Assembly (NCBI GenBank): GCA_963822585.1
Contig: CAWGIE010000036.1
Location: forward strand, 32,001 to 96,000
Origin: an uncultured bacterium
GTDB lineage: Bacteria > Auribacterota > Erginobacteria > Erginobacterales > Erginobacteraceae
Direction of reading: 5' to 3'
Length of the DNA: 64,000 nucleotides
In this document: piece by piece, positions 20,194 to 31,469 of the stretch
Layout: every line of letters starts with the position of its first letter
Numbering within the stretch: position 1 is the stretch's first letter
Translations under genes and position numbers: made by a program
Notes under the pieces: model-generated
Seen by the model: only the letters and a program-made list of their open reading frames with translations
What the model was told of the DNA's origin: nothing
Database searches by the model: none

Positions 20194-20451
20194 ATTTTTT
20201 TCCTCCGGAAAAAAATAGATTATTTTTCGTTCAATGTATTATGAATAGCAACCTCGTTGATACGGCAACAGTACTCGGTTTTTCTTCTCCGCAAGGACAA
20301 CGTATGATTCTTCCTATTAACGCAGCCGGGAGAAATAGACTTTTGTCTGTAATTCACTGCCGACAAATTTAATAAAATCAATACTTTTTGTACAGATGCT
20401 CATTTAATCATGGTCATGGTTAAAACGATTATTTTTGCGCAGCAAAAATAA

Positions 20452-22116
20452 TCAGGCCATTCCACTCATCATCTGGCGGATGGAGACCCCGACCGGCACC
20501 ATCGGCCAGACATTCTCCTCCCGGGAGACCTGGAAATCCATCATGACCGGACCTTTGTACTGGAGGGCCTCCTCCAGGGCCGGAACCACCTCTTTCTTCT
20601 TTTTAACCCGAATTCCGCGGGCGCCGTAGGCCTCGGCCAGCTTCACGAAGTCGGGGTTCCCGATCAGTTCGGTCCCGGCGTAATTCTTCTTGTAGAAAAT
20701 CTCCTGCCACTGCCGCACCATCCCCAGGTACCCGTTGTTCAGGATCGCCACCTTGACGGGGAGATTGTTGGTAACCGCGGTCGCCAGCTCCTGGATATTC
20801 ATCTGGATGCTCCCGTCGCCGGCGATATCGAAGACAATCCGGTCGGGACAGGCGACCTGGGCCCCGATCGCCGCCGGGAAACCGTACCCCATGGTCCCCA
20901 GACCTCCGGAAGAGAGGAATGTCCGCGGTTCGGTGAAGGTATAGAACTGGGCGGTCCACATCTGGTTCTGCCCAACTTCCGTGCAGATGACGGCGCGGCC
21001 CTCCGTCACCTTGCAGATCTGCTCGATAACGTACTGGGGCGGGATCGGACCGGCATCCCGGTAGGTCAGGGGGAACTTCTTCTTCCACTCCTTGATCTGC
21101 TTGAGCCAGGGGCCACAGCTCCCGGGCTTGACGATCTTGTTCAGTTCTCTCAAGACCAGCCGGACGTCCCCGACCACCGGGATATCAACGCGCACGTTCT
21201 TCTTCAGCGAGGTGGGGTCGATGTCGATGTGCGCGATCTGGGCATGGGGGGCAAACTCGCTGATCTTGCCGGTAATCCGGTCATCGAACCGGGCGCCCAC
21301 GGCAATGATCAGATCGGCATCCATGATGCTGTAGTTGGCGTACTGGGTGCCGTGCATCCCCAGCATCCCCAGTGAGAGAGGGCTCGTCTCGGGGTATACG
21401 CCCAGGGCCATCAGCGTGGTGGTCACCGGGATGGAGCACCGGTCGGCCAGTTTCCGGACTTCTTCGGCCGCGCCGGCCGCGATCGCGCCCCCCCCGACGT
21501 AGAGAACCGGCTGCCGGGCCTGCTTGATCGCCTGGGCCAGCTTCTCGATCTGCCGGGGGTGGCCGTGATAGACCGGGCTGTACCCGGGGATATTCACCTT
21601 TTTCGGATAGGACTGCGAACTCTGCGCCTGCTGGATATCTTTCGGCAGATCGACCAGCACCGGGCCGGGACGGCCGGTGGCGGCGATGTGGAAAGCCTCC
21701 TTGATGACGCGCGGGAGTTCGTCGACATCGGTAACCAGGAAATTGTGTTTGGTAATCGGCCGGGTGATGCCGACGATGTCCGCTTCCTGGAAAGCGTCGT
21801 TGCCGATCATCGAGGTGGGGACCTGGCCGGTAAAGGCCACCATGGGGATGGAGTCCATGTAGGCGGTGGCGATGCCGGTGACCAGGTTGGTCGCTCCCGG
21901 TCCGGAGGTGGCGAGACAGACCCCCACCCTGCCCGAGGCGCGGGCGTACCCGTCGGCGGCATGGGCGGCGCCCTGCTCGTGCCGGGTCAGGATAAACCTG
22001 ATCGGGAATTTCTTCAATTCGTCGAAGATATCGATCACCGCTCCGCCCGGATACCCGAAAATAACTTCAACCCCTTCCTTGACCAGGCAATCGATCAGCA
22101 GTTTGGCTCCTTTCAT
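20452..22116 (-). CDS. ilvB: Acetolactate synthase large subunit
   Basis: [36 protein letters not shown]. Confidence 0.97.
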   Translation of the reverse strand: MKGAKLLIDCLVKEGVEVIFGYPGGAVIDIFDELKKFPIRFILTRHEQGAAHAADGYARASGRVGVCLATSGPGATNLVTGIATAYMDSIPMVAFTGQVPTSMIGNDAFQEADIVGITRPITKHNFLVTDVDELPRVIKEAFHIAATGRPGPVLVDLPKDIQQAQSSQSYPKKVNIPGYSPVYHGHPRQIEKLAQAIKQARQPVLYVGGGAIAAGAAEEVRKLADRCSIPVTTTLMALGVYPETSPLSLGMLGMHGTQYANYSIMDADLIIAVGARFDDRITGKISEFAPHAQIAHIDIDPTSLKKNVRVDIPVVGDVRLVLRELNKIVKPGSCGPWLKQIKEWKKKFPLTYRDAGPIPPQYVIEQICKVTEGRAVICTEVGQNQMWTAQFYTFTEPRTFLSSGGLGTMGYGFPAAIGAQVACPDRIVFDIAGDGSIQMNIQELATAVTNNLPVKVAILNNGYLGMVRQWQEIFYKKNYAGTELIGNPDFVKLAEAYGARGIRVKKKKEVVPALEEALQYKGPVMMDFQVSREENVWPMVPVGVSIRQMMSGMA

Positions 22117-22335
22117 CGTATTATTTTCTCCGAAAATAATAGTTTTTCAATTTTCCTCCGGAAAATTGAAATAGTTCAGTCTGTAATAATTTTTATTCGC
22201 GGTCCAATCAATTGACAGTTCAAAATCTAACCGCTTGCAGCTTCCCGAATACCGATCACTGATTACTGATTATCGGAGCAAAGCGGAGATCCCGATGCCC
22301 TGACAACGTCAGGGCTTTTCGGGACCGGTCACCGA

Positions 22336-24029
22336 TTATTTTACCACAAGTACCGCTCCGTCCGAAGCGGATCGTCACCTGGGCCGCGTACCGGGCCAGG
22401 TAACCGGTCAGCTTCTTCACCGGCGCCTTCCAAGACCTCCGGCGCGCCGCCAGTTCCTTCTTCGTCAGCGCGACCTGCAGGAGACGCCCCGGGATGTCAA
22501 GGGTGATCTTGTCACCGTCCCGGATCAGGGCGATCGGCCCTCCGGCGGCCGCCTCGGGGGAGACATGCCCCACGCAGGGTCCCTTGGTCCCCCCGGAGAA
22601 CCTCCCGTCGGTGATCAGGGCCACCGACTCTCCCATCCCCATCCCGACAATGGCCGAGGTCAGCGAGAGCATCTCCCGCATCCCCGGGCCGCCGCGGGGA
22701 CCCTCGTAGCGGATCACCACCACCGTCCCTTTCCTGATCGTCGCCCTTCATCAACGCCCGCATCCCCGCTTCTTCGGAATCAAAGACCCGGGCGATGCCG
22801 GTGAAACACCGGACCGAAGGGGCGACGGCGCTCTGCTTGATCACCGCCCCTTCCGGGGCCAGGTTGCCGAAAAGAATCGCGATGCCCCCTTCCTTATTAT
22901 ACGCCCGGTCCGGGAGCCGGATCACCTCCGGGTCCAGGATACGGGTCCGGCGGGTGATCTCTGCCCAGCCCGGACCGTTGACCGTCATCACGTCGTGAAC
23001 CCGGGTCCCCAGGGCCTTCATGACCGCCGGGATGCCTCCGGCCCGGTCCAGATCTTCCATCATGTTCTCTCCGCCCGGACGCATGTTCGCCAGATGAGGG
23101 GTATGCCGGCTGATCCGGTCGAACTGCGAAAGGGAAAGGCCGATCTCGAGTTCATGGGCCAGCGCCATCAGGTGAAGGACGGTATTACTGGACCCCCCCA
23201 GCGCCATATCGACGGCGATGCCGTTCTCCAGGGCGCGGCGGGTCATGATATCGCGGGCGCGGACCCCCTCTTCGATCAGGGAGACGATCCGCCGGCCGCT
23301 CCGGTAGGCGATCCGCTTCTTGTCCGCCGAGACGGCCGGCGCCGTGGCGCATCCGCTCAGGCTCATGCCCATCGCCTCGGTGATACAGGCCATCGTGTTG
23401 GCGGTGTACATGCCCTGGCAGGAACCGGCGCCGGGACAGGCCCGCAGCTCCAGCTCCCGGACCGACGCCTCGCTGATCTGCCCCGCCTGCGCCCTCCCGA
23501 TCGCTTCGAATGTGTCCCTGACCAGGGAGAGCCGGCGGTCGTTGTAGTGGCCGGCCAGCATCGGCCCGGCGGTGACCGCGATGGCGGGTATGTTCAGCCG
23601 GGCCGCGGCCATCAGCATCCCGGGGGTGATCTTGTCGCAGTTGGTGAGCAGAACCAGACCGTCCAGCGCGTGTCCCTGGGTAACCATCTCGATCATGTCC
23701 GCGATCAACCCCCGGGTGGGCAGGGAACAGAACATCCCCGGGTGGCCCATGGCGATGCCGTCGCAGATGCCGGGAACGGAAAAGAGGAAAGGTCTCCCCC
23801 CGCCGGCGTAAACGCCGTTCTCGATCGCCCGCTCCAGGTCCCTCATCCCCACGTGGCCGGGGATGAGATCGGTGAAGCTGGACACGACTCCGACATAGGG
23901 CTTGGCCAGGTCATCCGGATCAACCCCGGTGGCGTACATCAGGCACCGGTGAGGAGCCCGTTCCAGTCCGATCTTGGTGGCGTTACTGCGTAAAGCACGG
24001 GATTTCTTCTTCTGTTTCCGGGCGGTCAT
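22336..24029 (-). CDS. ilvD: Dihydroxy-acid dehydratase (two apparent +1 frameshifts near 22742 and 22373)
   Basis: [45 protein letters not shown]; removing one base at each site gives ..[17 protein letters not shown].. and ..[14 protein letters not shown]. Confidence 0.92.
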
Positions 24030-24150
24030 GGGGATCACTCCTTTCTGCATTGTATGATCTTACCGGATTTGAATAAAACAAAAAGACAAATATCAGGCAA
24101 TAAAATAATACCGGAGTAATCGGGATGTAAACTAAATATGCATACCAGAG

Positions 24151-24270
24151 AATCAGGGGACCAGTGGGAAGGATATCAGAAGATCAGGTTATCAGGCGTT
24201 GTGGGCCCCCCTAACTGATCCCCTGAGATCCTGATATTCTCCCCACTAATACGCTGATAACCTGATACCC
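24151..24270. repeat. Inverted-arm element of ATCAGG/CCTGAT 8-mers
   Basis: ATCAGAAGATCAGGTTATCAGG ... CTGATCCCCTGAGATCCTGAT..CTGATAACCTGAT; sibling at 44235-44360. Confidence 0.7.
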
Positions 24271-24341
24271 ACTTTGGAGGTAATCATCCTATCTATTCAA
24301 TTCCCGAACTTTTCTTGAATAAATAGTTAGCGCCAAAGGCG

Positions 24342-25469
24342 CTACGTACCATCTTTATACACCCTCGAAACTCTCTTGCCCAGCTGGGCGAGAACCTCGT
24401 AAGAAATGGTGCCGATCCGTTCGGCGGCCTCTTCGGCGGTGATCCGGTCGCCGCCCTGTTCCCCGATCAGGACCGCCCCATCCCCCACCGCCACCCCTTC
24501 GATCCCCCCCACGTCGACCATAATCTGATCCATGGTGACGATGCCGATAATCGGGGCCCGTTTCCCCCGGATCAGCACCTCTCCCCGGTTGGAGTGCGCG
24601 CGGCTGAAACCGTCTCCGTATCCGATCGGCAGCGTGGCCACCCGGGTTTTCTTCTTAGCCGTGTACGTCATCCCGTAGCTGATGGTCCGGCCCGGCTCGA
24701 CGGTCTTCAGGTACGCCACCCGGGTCTTCAAACTCAAGGCCGGTTTGAGCTCAATTTTTTCCTGCAGGTGGCGGGCCGGGTAAACCCCGTAAATCATGAT
24801 CCCCGGGCGGACCATGTCCAGCCGGGACTCCTTGAGATCGATCAGGGCGCCGCTGTTGGCGATATGTCTGAGGGGGATCTCGACCCCTCTCTTCCCGATC
24901 TCCGCCGCCACCTTGAGAAAACGTTTCAGCTGGAGAGCGGTGAACCGGTGGGAGGGATCGTCGGCGGCGGCGAAGTGAGACGCCAACCCCTGCAGGTTGA
25001 TTCCTTTCACGCGGGATATTTTTTCCAGGAAAGGGAGACAGTTCTCGTGCCAGACGCCGATCCGGCCCATCCCGGTATCGACCATCACATGGACATCGGC
25101 TTTCTTCCCGGCGCAGAGAGCGGCCTGGGCCAAGTCCCGCGCGATCTCCAGAGAGCAGACCACGGGGGTGAGATTATTGCGGACAATGTGTTCGGAATGG
25201 CCGCGCATGCCCGAGCTGAGAATCAGGATCGGGGCATCGGGGAAAAATGCCCGAAGTTCCAGCGCTTCCTTGACGTGGGAGACCCCCAGCCATTCCGCTC
25301 CCGCGGCCAGGGCCGCCCGGGAGACGGGCATCACCCCATGGCCGTAGGCATCGGCCTTGACACTGACCAGGATCCTGGCCTTCCGGCCGATCAGTTTCCG
25401 GATCTGCCTGATGTTGAACTCGATCGCCCCGAGATCGATCTCGGCCCAGGTTTTGAAAAGAGTATACAT
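24342..25469 (-). CDS. alr: Alanine racemase
   Basis: VKADAYGHG, DTGMGRIG, VRPGI, GYGDG, MDQ. Confidence 0.96.
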   Translation of the reverse strand: MYTLFKTWAEIDLGAIEFNIRQIRKLIGRKARILVSVKADAYGHGVMPVSRAALAAGAEWLGVSHVKEALELRAFFPDAPILILSSGMRGHSEHIVRNNLTPVVCSLEIARDLAQAALCAGKKADVHVMVDTGMGRIGVWHENCLPFLEKISRVKGINLQGLASHFAAADDPSHRFTALQLKRFLKVAAEIGKRGVEIPLRHIANSGALIDLKESRLDMVRPGIMIYGVYPARHLQEKIELKPALSLKTRVAYLKTVEPGRTISYGMTYTAKKKTRVATLPIGYGDGFSRAHSNRGEVLIRGKRAPIIGIVTMDQIMVDVGGIEGVAVGDGAVLIGEQGGDRITAEEAAERIGTISYEVLAQLGKRVSRVYKDGT

Positions 25470-25678
25470 ATAAATCAGCTCTCTTCGGTCGCTAATTTAT
25501 GCAGGAACGTCCTTTACTTCGTAAAGGACTTGTAGGAAATGCAGTAAATGTAGTATCGCCTTGCCGAGGGCAAGGCTTGCTGAACTGCAAGCGAAGCGAT
25601 CCTACAACTCCTACAAAGAATGCCGGAGGCATTCTGATCCTACAAGTCCTTTCGCGAAAGCGAAAGAACGATCATACA
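25470..25678. repeat. About 210-bp multi-hairpin dispersed repeat, copy 1
   Basis: Colinear with 39130-39338; abuts the alr start codon. Confidence 0.85.
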
Positions 25679-25728
25679 CTTCCTGATTTATCTTTTGGCA
25701 TTTCCGATAGAAGAAAGCGGCCTGGTAT

Positions 25729-26394
25729 TCACTGCTTTTTTTTATTCCAGTACTCGCTTAAATAGATCGGCTCGGCGGGAGGGGTTTCGATCCCTTCCCG
25801 CAGCCGTTCCTCCGCCAGTATAGCAATCCATTCCGCCCGGGGAAAACTCTTTTCCCAGGGGGCGCCGCCGATCTTCCCTGCGGCGGCATCTCTGAAGGCC
25901 GGGATCCGGTCCCGGTCGGGGGTGACGATCAGAGCATCCCGGCAAAACTCCTCGATCTCCCGGACCTGAACAACCCGGGGAGGAATCAGCTCCTCCACCG
26001 CGGGACCGTCCTTCCGATATCGGGCGCCGTAGATCCGTCCCCGTCCTCCGTCAAGGAGCGCGACAACGACCCCCTCCCGGAGAGAGATCCCCCGGACCAT
26101 GGCCGGGAAACTGCCGATCCCGGCCAGGGGGATTGAACAGCCGCAGGCGAGCCCCCGGGCGGCGGCCAGTCCGACCCTGATCCCGGTAAAGGACCCCGGG
26201 CCAAGCCCGGCGCCGATCCCTTCCAGATCGCCGACGCTCCAGCCGGCCCCGTCGAGAAGATCGTCCAGAATCGGGATCAGGAGCGCGGAGTGGCTGAGAT
26301 GCGTATCGATGGTGGCCCGGGCCTTTATCCCGCCGTCTTCGACCAGGGCCAGACTGCCGGCGGCGGTCGATGTCTCAATGCCCAACACTTTCAT
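25729..26394 (-). CDS. tsaB: tRNA threonylcarbamoyladenosine biosynthesis protein TsaB
   Basis: LGIETST, GPGSFTGIRVG. Confidence 0.94.
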   Translation of the reverse strand: MKVLGIETSTAAGSLALVEDGGIKARATIDTHLSHSALLIPILDDLLDGAGWSVGDLEGIGAGLGPGSFTGIRVGLAAARGLACGCSIPLAGIGSFPAMVRGISLREGVVVALLDGGRGRIYGARYRKDGPAVEELIPPRVVQVREIEEFCRDALIVTPDRDRIPAFRDAAAGKIGGAPWEKSFPRAEWIAILAEERLREGIETPPAEPIYLSEYWNKKKQ

Positions 26395-26398
26395 AATA

Positions 26399-26824
26399 TT
26401 ATTTTTCCTTTGGAAAAATAATAGTGATTTTTCTTGTCATCTCATCGAGGCAGTCGAGCGCGATATTGATTGTCCGGGCCGGAAGCATGTCATCGAGCTT
26501 TTCGGCCCATTCGACCGCGCTCACCCCCTCCCCCTCCAGATACTCCTCCAGTCCCAGCAGGCCGATCTCCGGACCCGGCTGCAGCCGGTAAAGATCGATG
26601 TGATAGAGCGGCAGCCGACCCCGGTATTCCCGGACCAGGACAAACGTGGGAGAGGTCACATACTTCTCCCGTACCCCCAGTCCTTCCGCGCAGCCCTGGA
26701 CAAAACAGGTCTTGCCCGACCCCAGAGGCCCCCGGAGGGCCAGGACGTCGCCCGGTTTAAGACGTGCGGCAATTTTCGCCGCCAGTTCTTTGGTTTCTTC
26801 CGGGTTGTTAGTTGTATAGATCAT
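26399..26824 (-). CDS. tsaE: tRNA threonylcarbamoyladenosine biosynthesis ATPase TsaE
   Basis: GPLGSGKT, SPTF, HIDLYRL, VEW. Confidence 0.95.
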   Translation of the reverse strand: MIYTTNNPEETKELAAKIAARLKPGDVLALRGPLGSGKTCFVQGCAEGLGVREKYVTSPTFVLVREYRGRLPLYHIDLYRLQPGPEIGLLGLEEYLEGEGVSAVEWAEKLDDMLPARTINIALDCLDEMTRKITIIFPKEK

Positions 26825-26828
26825 GACA

Positions 26829-26906
26829 AATCAGTAATCGGTAATCAGTAATCAGCGGGCCCGGCAACCAGGTCACTGATAACTGATCACCGATCACTGA
26901 TTACTT
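26829..26906. repeat. Inverted-arm heptamer element (GTAATCR / YGATTAC)
   Basis: AATCAGTAATCGGTAATCAGTAATCAG ... CTGATAACTGATCACCGATCACTGATTACT. Confidence 0.85.
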
Positions 26907-26962
26907 GTCTTTTGGATCCTCCCGAATTAAGGAGGCTTTTTTACCCTATTGTGACATCTATA

Positions 26963-27889
26963 TTAAAAATGAGTATATCCGGTTTCCGGTAACGGCATGG
27001 TCTCCCCGTCCCGGGTAATCAGCTCCCGCCGTTTTTCATCGGCAATGATTTTCCCGATCGGCGTTACTCTGGTGCCGGGACCGGCGGCGAAGGAATTAAT
27101 CAGCCGGTCTATTTCTCTTTCCGGGAGGGAAAATAACAGCTCGAACTCCTCACCTTGCCCGGCGGCTTTCAGTACGGCCTTCGATCCTTTTTTCCCGGCC
27201 GGACCGGCAACCGGCAAAGCCGCCTCCCCGATCACCGCCCCCACGCGGCTGGCCCGGCAGAGGCGCCCCAGATCGGCGAAGAGACCATCGCTGATATCGA
27301 TCATGGCGGAGGGAGAGGAAGTCTCGACCAGGCAGCGGGCTTCCCGGAGCCGGGGGGTGAAATCGAGGTGCTTGTCCTTCCTTCCCCCCAACTCGCCGGT
27401 CACGCAGATGACGTCCCCGGGCCGCGCGCCGTCGCGAAAAACGCAGCGCTTTTTTTCAACCTCGCCGACCACGGTGACCGTGATCACGATCCCGGAGAGT
27501 GATCGGAAGGTATCTCCCCCGACGATGCCGAGACCGAACTCGTTGGCCAGATCCCTCATCCCCCGGTAGAGTTCCCGGCAGAAGCGGACCGTGATTCCGG
27601 TCGGCAGACCCAGGCCGACAACCGCCCAGAGAGGGGTGCCTCCCATGGCGGCGATGTCGGAGAGGTTGACCGCCAGGGCCTTGCGGCCGATTCGGCGGGC
27701 GCCCGCCCGGCGGCGGAAGTGAATATTTTCGGCGATGGCATCGGTCGCTATCAGCAGATAGTCGTCCTTCTTCCGGCCGCCGACAACGGCGGCGTCATCG
27801 CCGATACCCCTGATTACGCTTTTATCTTCCGGGAGAAGCCGGGCCAGTTCCTCGATCAATCCGAATTCCCCTATTTTTTCTATCTTCAT
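26963..27889 (-). CDS. thiL: Thiamine-monophosphate kinase
   Basis: GEFGLI, GIGDDAA, NLSDIAAMG, GGDT, DISDG. Confidence 0.95.
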   Translation of the reverse strand: MKIEKIGEFGLIEELARLLPEDKSVIRGIGDDAAVVGGRKKDDYLLIATDAIAENIHFRRRAGARRIGRKALAVNLSDIAAMGGTPLWAVVGLGLPTGITVRFCRELYRGMRDLANEFGLGIVGGDTFRSLSGIVITVTVVGEVEKKRCVFRDGARPGDVICVTGELGGRKDKHLDFTPRLREARCLVETSSPSAMIDISDGLFADLGRLCRASRVGAVIGEAALPVAGPAGKKGSKAVLKAAGQGEEFELLFSLPEREIDRLINSFAAGPGTRVTPIGKIIADEKRRELITRDGETMPLPETGYTHF

Positions 27890-27994
27890 TTATTTTCCTC
27901 CGGAAAATAAATCCGGGAAATATTATAGTTACCATCTTCGGGTCAAAAAATGTACTATAACTGACTCCCGGGATTTATTAAACAGATATAAAAG

Positions 27995-28097
27995 AACTTA
28001 GCGGCTTCGGCGCAACCTCGTAGCGGCGACCTTCAGGTCGCCACATTATGGCAGCCTGAAGGCTGCCGCTACGACATTTATTGAAATTCTGAAACAG
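27995..28097 (+). mobile_element. Cassette-like element carrying a GTAG REP doublet (28019-28073)
   Basis: AACTTAGCGGCTTCGGCGCAA, CGTAGCGGCGACCTTCAGGTCGCC-7nt-GGCAGCCTGAAGGCTGCCGCTACG, TTTATTGAAATTCTGAAACAG. Confidence 0.65.
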
Positions 28098-28126
28098 TGC
28101 GTTAAAATTTCTCTCGGTAAGATACA

Positions 28127-28688
28127 ATGCCTTTTACGTTCATCCAGCACGAGATCCCCGGCGTGGTGCTGATCGAATATAAGAAGTTCGACGACAACCG
28201 GGGCTACTTCATGGAGACCTTCCGCGAGAAGGACTTTGCCGCCGCCGGCATCAGCCCTTCCCTTCGTCCAGGACAATTATTCCCACTCGGTCCGGGGGGT
28301 GCTGCGGGGGCTTCACTACCAGCAGGACCCCCGCGCGCAGGGTAAGCTGGTCCTGGTCCTGAAAGGATCGGTCTTCGACGTCGGTGTGGATATCCGGAAG
28401 GGATCGCCGACCTACGGGAAGTGGATCGGGGAGGTCCTCTCCGACGAGAACCGCCGGATGCTCTACCTCCCGCCCGGGATGGCGCACGGGTTCTGCGTGC
28501 TGAGCGAGGAAGTGGATTTCTTCTACAAGGTGACCGCCGATTACGCCCCGGAGACCGACCGGGGGATCATCTGGAACGACCCCGAGATCGGGATCGAGTG
28601 GCCGATCTCCGACCCTATCTTATCTGAAAAAGACAGGATACTCCCCCCCTTCCGGGAGGCCGATAACAACTACGTTTACAAACAGTAA
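28127..28688 (+). CDS. rmlC: dTDP-4-dehydrorhamnose 3,5-epimerase (one frameshift near 28256)
   Basis: DNRGYFMET, FVQDNYSHS..LRGLHYQ..QGKLV..AHGF; extra C in AGCCCTT. Confidence 0.92.
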
Positions 28689-28813
28689 TCAGTAAACAGT
28701 AATCGGTAATCAGTGGGCCCGGGCGGCGGAGCACCGATTACTGATTATCGAAGCTAAGCGGAGATACTGAGGCTCACGATGATTATCGGGATTTCGACCG
28801 ATTACTGATTACT
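28683..28813. repeat. Inverted-arm heptamer element (GTAATCR family) between convergent genes
   Basis: CAGTAATCAGTAAACAGTAATCGGTAATCAGT ... CGATTACTGATT; contains both stop codons. Confidence 0.8.
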
Positions 28814-30358
28814 TTCTTTCCCCAAGGCGGCGGCTTTTCTGACCAGGTCGATGAACTCGGCCCGGTAGCCGTGGCTGTCCTTTCCCCTCCCCGCTTCGGC
28901 CAGATCGAGGACGGTGGCGAAGGTCGCGTCCCCCCGGTACTTCGAATCGCGCAGCAGCATCCCGAAAGAAGCCACCGCGGCCGCGAAGGTGAAGTCGGCA
29001 TCCGCATCCGCGAATGCTTTGCCGGTGTCAACGACCGGGAACTCCAGAAGCCGGCTGGTATCTCCGTCGGGGTCTTTATACCGGAGCTTCAGTGTCATCA
29101 GTTCCCCCTTCCCGACGGGTGGCGCGGGGACGGCCGGACTCTGATATTTGAGGGGATCGACGCCGGGCAGCTCGAGATCGCTCCCCGCCGGGACGATCTC
29201 GTAGAGCGCGGTCACGGTATGGCCGGCGCCGATCTCTCCGGCGTCCTTGGTGTCGTCGTTGAAGTCCTCGGCCCGGAGCATCCGGTTCTCATAGCCGATC
29301 AGCCGGTAGGCCGCCGCTTCGGCCGGGTTGAACTCGACCTGGATCTTGACGTCCTTGGCGATGGTGATTAGCGTTGATCCCATCTCCTCGACCAGGACCT
29401 TTTTCGCCTCCCGGATCGTATCGATGTAGGCGTAGTTCCCGTTCCCCTTGTCGGCCAGCTGCTCGAGCGCGGAGTCCTTGATATTCCCCATCCCGAACCC
29501 GAGGACGGTCAGGAAGATCCCGCTCTTTGCTTTCTTTTCGATCATCCGGACCAGATCTCCCCGGTTGGTGACGCCGACGTTGAAGTCCCCGTCGGTGGCC
29601 AGAATGACCCGGTTGACTCCCCCCTCGATAAAATGCTGAGCGGCGGTATCATACGCGAGCTGGATGCCGGCCCCCCCGTTGGTCGAGCCGCCGGATGCCA
29701 GCTGTTCCAGCGCTTCCATGATCGCCTCCCGGTTATCCCCGGTTGTTGAAGGGAGCACCAGTCCGGAGGCGCCGGCGTAGACGACGATCGCCACCCGGTC
29801 GTTTTCGTTCAGTTGCTCGACCAGCATCTTCATCGCTCTCTTCAAGAGCGGCAGTTTGTTTTCCGGGGACATCGAGCCGGAAACGTCGAGGAGAAAGACC
29901 AGGTTGCTCGCCGGGCGCTGTTCTGCGGGCATCTCCCGGCCCTTGAGACCGATCCTGACCAGCCGGTGTTCCGGGTTCCAGGGACAGCCCGCGACCTCGA
30001 CATCGGCCGAGAAGGGTACATCCCCCTCGGGAGGAGCATAGTTATAATTGAAATAGTTGATCATCTCCTCGATCCGGACCGCGTCTTTGGGGGGCAGGCT
30101 CCCGTTGTCGAGAAACCGCCGCAGGTTGGCGTAGGAGGCGGTATCGACATCGATCGAGAAGGTGGAGAGCGGATTTTGAGTCACTTTTAAAAAGGGGTTA
30201 TCAACGATGTTGTCGTAAGCCTCCGTATCGTGCCCCGGCCAGTAGACTTTGGAGGGATCGTCATGCCAGTCCGCCTGATCCCTGGATATCTCCTCCGGGT
30301 CAATAGAGCCCATCGCTTTCAGATTGGACAATGCCACTAGTTTTGCTTGAGGGAACAT
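28802..30358 (-). CDS. YfbK-like von Willebrand factor A domain protein (probably the C-terminal part of an anti-sigma fusion)
   Basis: [53 protein letters not shown]. Confidence 0.9.
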   Translation of the reverse strand: MFPQAKLVALSNLKAMGSIDPEEISRDQADWHDDPSKVYWPGHDTEAYDNIVDNPFLKVTQNPLSTFSIDVDTASYANLRRFLDNGSLPPKDAVRIEEMINYFNYNYAPPEGDVPFSADVEVAGCPWNPEHRLVRIGLKGREMPAEQRPASNLVFLLDVSGSMSPENKLPLLKRAMKMLVEQLNENDRVAIVVYAGASGLVLPSTTGDNREAIMEALEQLASGGSTNGGAGIQLAYDTAAQHFIEGGVNRVILATDGDFNVGVTNRGDLVRMIEKKAKSGIFLTVLGFGMGNIKDSALEQLADKGNGNYAYIDTIREAKKVLVEEMGSTLITIAKDVKIQVEFNPAEAAAYRLIGYENRMLRAEDFNDDTKDAGEIGAGHTVTALYEIVPAGSDLELPGVDPLKYQSPAVPAPPVGKGELMTLKLRYKDPDGDTSRLLEFPVVDTGKAFADADADFTFAAAVASFGMLLRDSKYRGDATFATVLDLAEAGRGKDSHGYRAEFIDLVRKAAALGKESNQ

Positions 30359-30483
30359 CTCGAATACACCATAACCCTCCTTCCTCTCGTAAGAGCGAAC
30401 CGAGGCTTCTTCCCTGCACGCGAACTACCGGCTCATTTAAAACTCTTCCCGCCAGCCGAGCGCTTTATCCGTCATTGTTCTAA

Positions 30484-30888
30484 TCACGATCTACATCCGC
30501 GGAGCAAAGCTGGCTTACACCCAGAATATCTGTTGATTGAACCGGGCCATGAACATAACACGGACACCGGCCAGGATCGGCAGAAACGGCCGCGTAAGCA
30601 AAAAGGCGGACCCATATCGGCCGGGAAGCCATAATCGAACCCCGATCTTCTCTCTGATCGGGTGGTACGGGCGATGATCTCGCTCCTCTGCTCCGGCAGC
30701 AGGGAATATTCCGGGGCTTCTTTGATTGCCTCACCGGTCAACAGAATCGTCTTTTGCAATTCCTCCACGATCCGGCGGGAGACAGTGTCGGTTTCCAGCG
30801 CTCTCTCTACCGCCCTCCGTTTCCGGGGAGAAAGCTCATCCAGAACGTAGGCGGTGAGTACCCGGTCGTTCAGTTTGATCTTCATCAT
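30484..30888 (-). CDS. Anti-sigma factor N-terminal domain (frame disrupted downstream)
   Basis: LTAYVLDELSPRKRRAVERAL directly after the ECF sigma; a TM-like stretch WVRLFAYAAVSA lies in another frame. Confidence 0.65.
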   Translation of the reverse strand: MMKIKLNDRVLTAYVLDELSPRKRRAVERALETDTVSRRIVEELQKTILLTGEAIKEAPEYSLLPEQRSEIIARTTRSERRSGFDYGFPADMGPPFCLRGRFCRSWPVSVLCSWPGSINRYSGCKPALLRGCRS

Positions 30889-31428
30889 CTATACCTCCGG
30901 GGCCGTTTCCAATGCGGCCCCTAATCTCTTTCGCATTGTGTTCAAAGCCCCGGTCAGCAGGTTACTTACCGTCCCCGCGGATCTTCCCATCACCCGGGCG
31001 ATCTCACGGTAAGTCAGCTCGTCGTTGAACTTGAGGCGGCAGGCCTCCCGCTGGTCGGAGGGTAGTTCGTTCAGCACCGCCAGGATCAGGCGGCGGGTCT
31101 CCTCCCGTTCGGCCGCCGTCGAAGGGCCGGGCCGTTGACTGGGGAGATGGGCGAGTTGCTCTTCGTGTAACGGCTGCATGCGTCCCTCCTTCTTCCTGAC
31201 GTCAAATGCCCGGTTCCGGCAGACCCGGTAGAGCCAGGCCGGCATCCGGTCTTCAACCTTTTTCCGATCGGTCCGGCAAAGTTTGAAGAATGCTTCCTGG
31301 ACAACGTCCTGCGCTCTCTGGAGATCGCCGGTTATTCCGAATGAATAACGGACCAGGGCCTGCTCGTAATCACCGAGCATTTTCCGAATCCAGGCGGCTC
31401 TATTCAATTCAGCGTCAGGTTGATTCAC
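30889..31428 (-). CDS. ECF RNA polymerase sigma factor
   Basis: AQDVVQEAF, AWLYRVCRN, LTYREIA..GTV. Confidence 0.93.
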   Translation of the reverse strand: MNQPDAELNRAAWIRKMLGDYEQALVRYSFGITGDLQRAQDVVQEAFFKLCRTDRKKVEDRMPAWLYRVCRNRAFDVRKKEGRMQPLHEEQLAHLPSQRPGPSTAAEREETRRLILAVLNELPSDQREACRLKFNDELTYREIARVMGRSAGTVSNLLTGALNTMRKRLGAALETAPEV

Positions 31429-31469
31429 CGATGGTTTCTCCGGAGTTGATACGGCCGTTCATCCTGTAT

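Noticed and set aside
24030..24340. T-box or attenuator upstream of ilvD
   Set aside because: No T-box consensus or leader peptide seen; the space is occupied by the ATCAGG repeat
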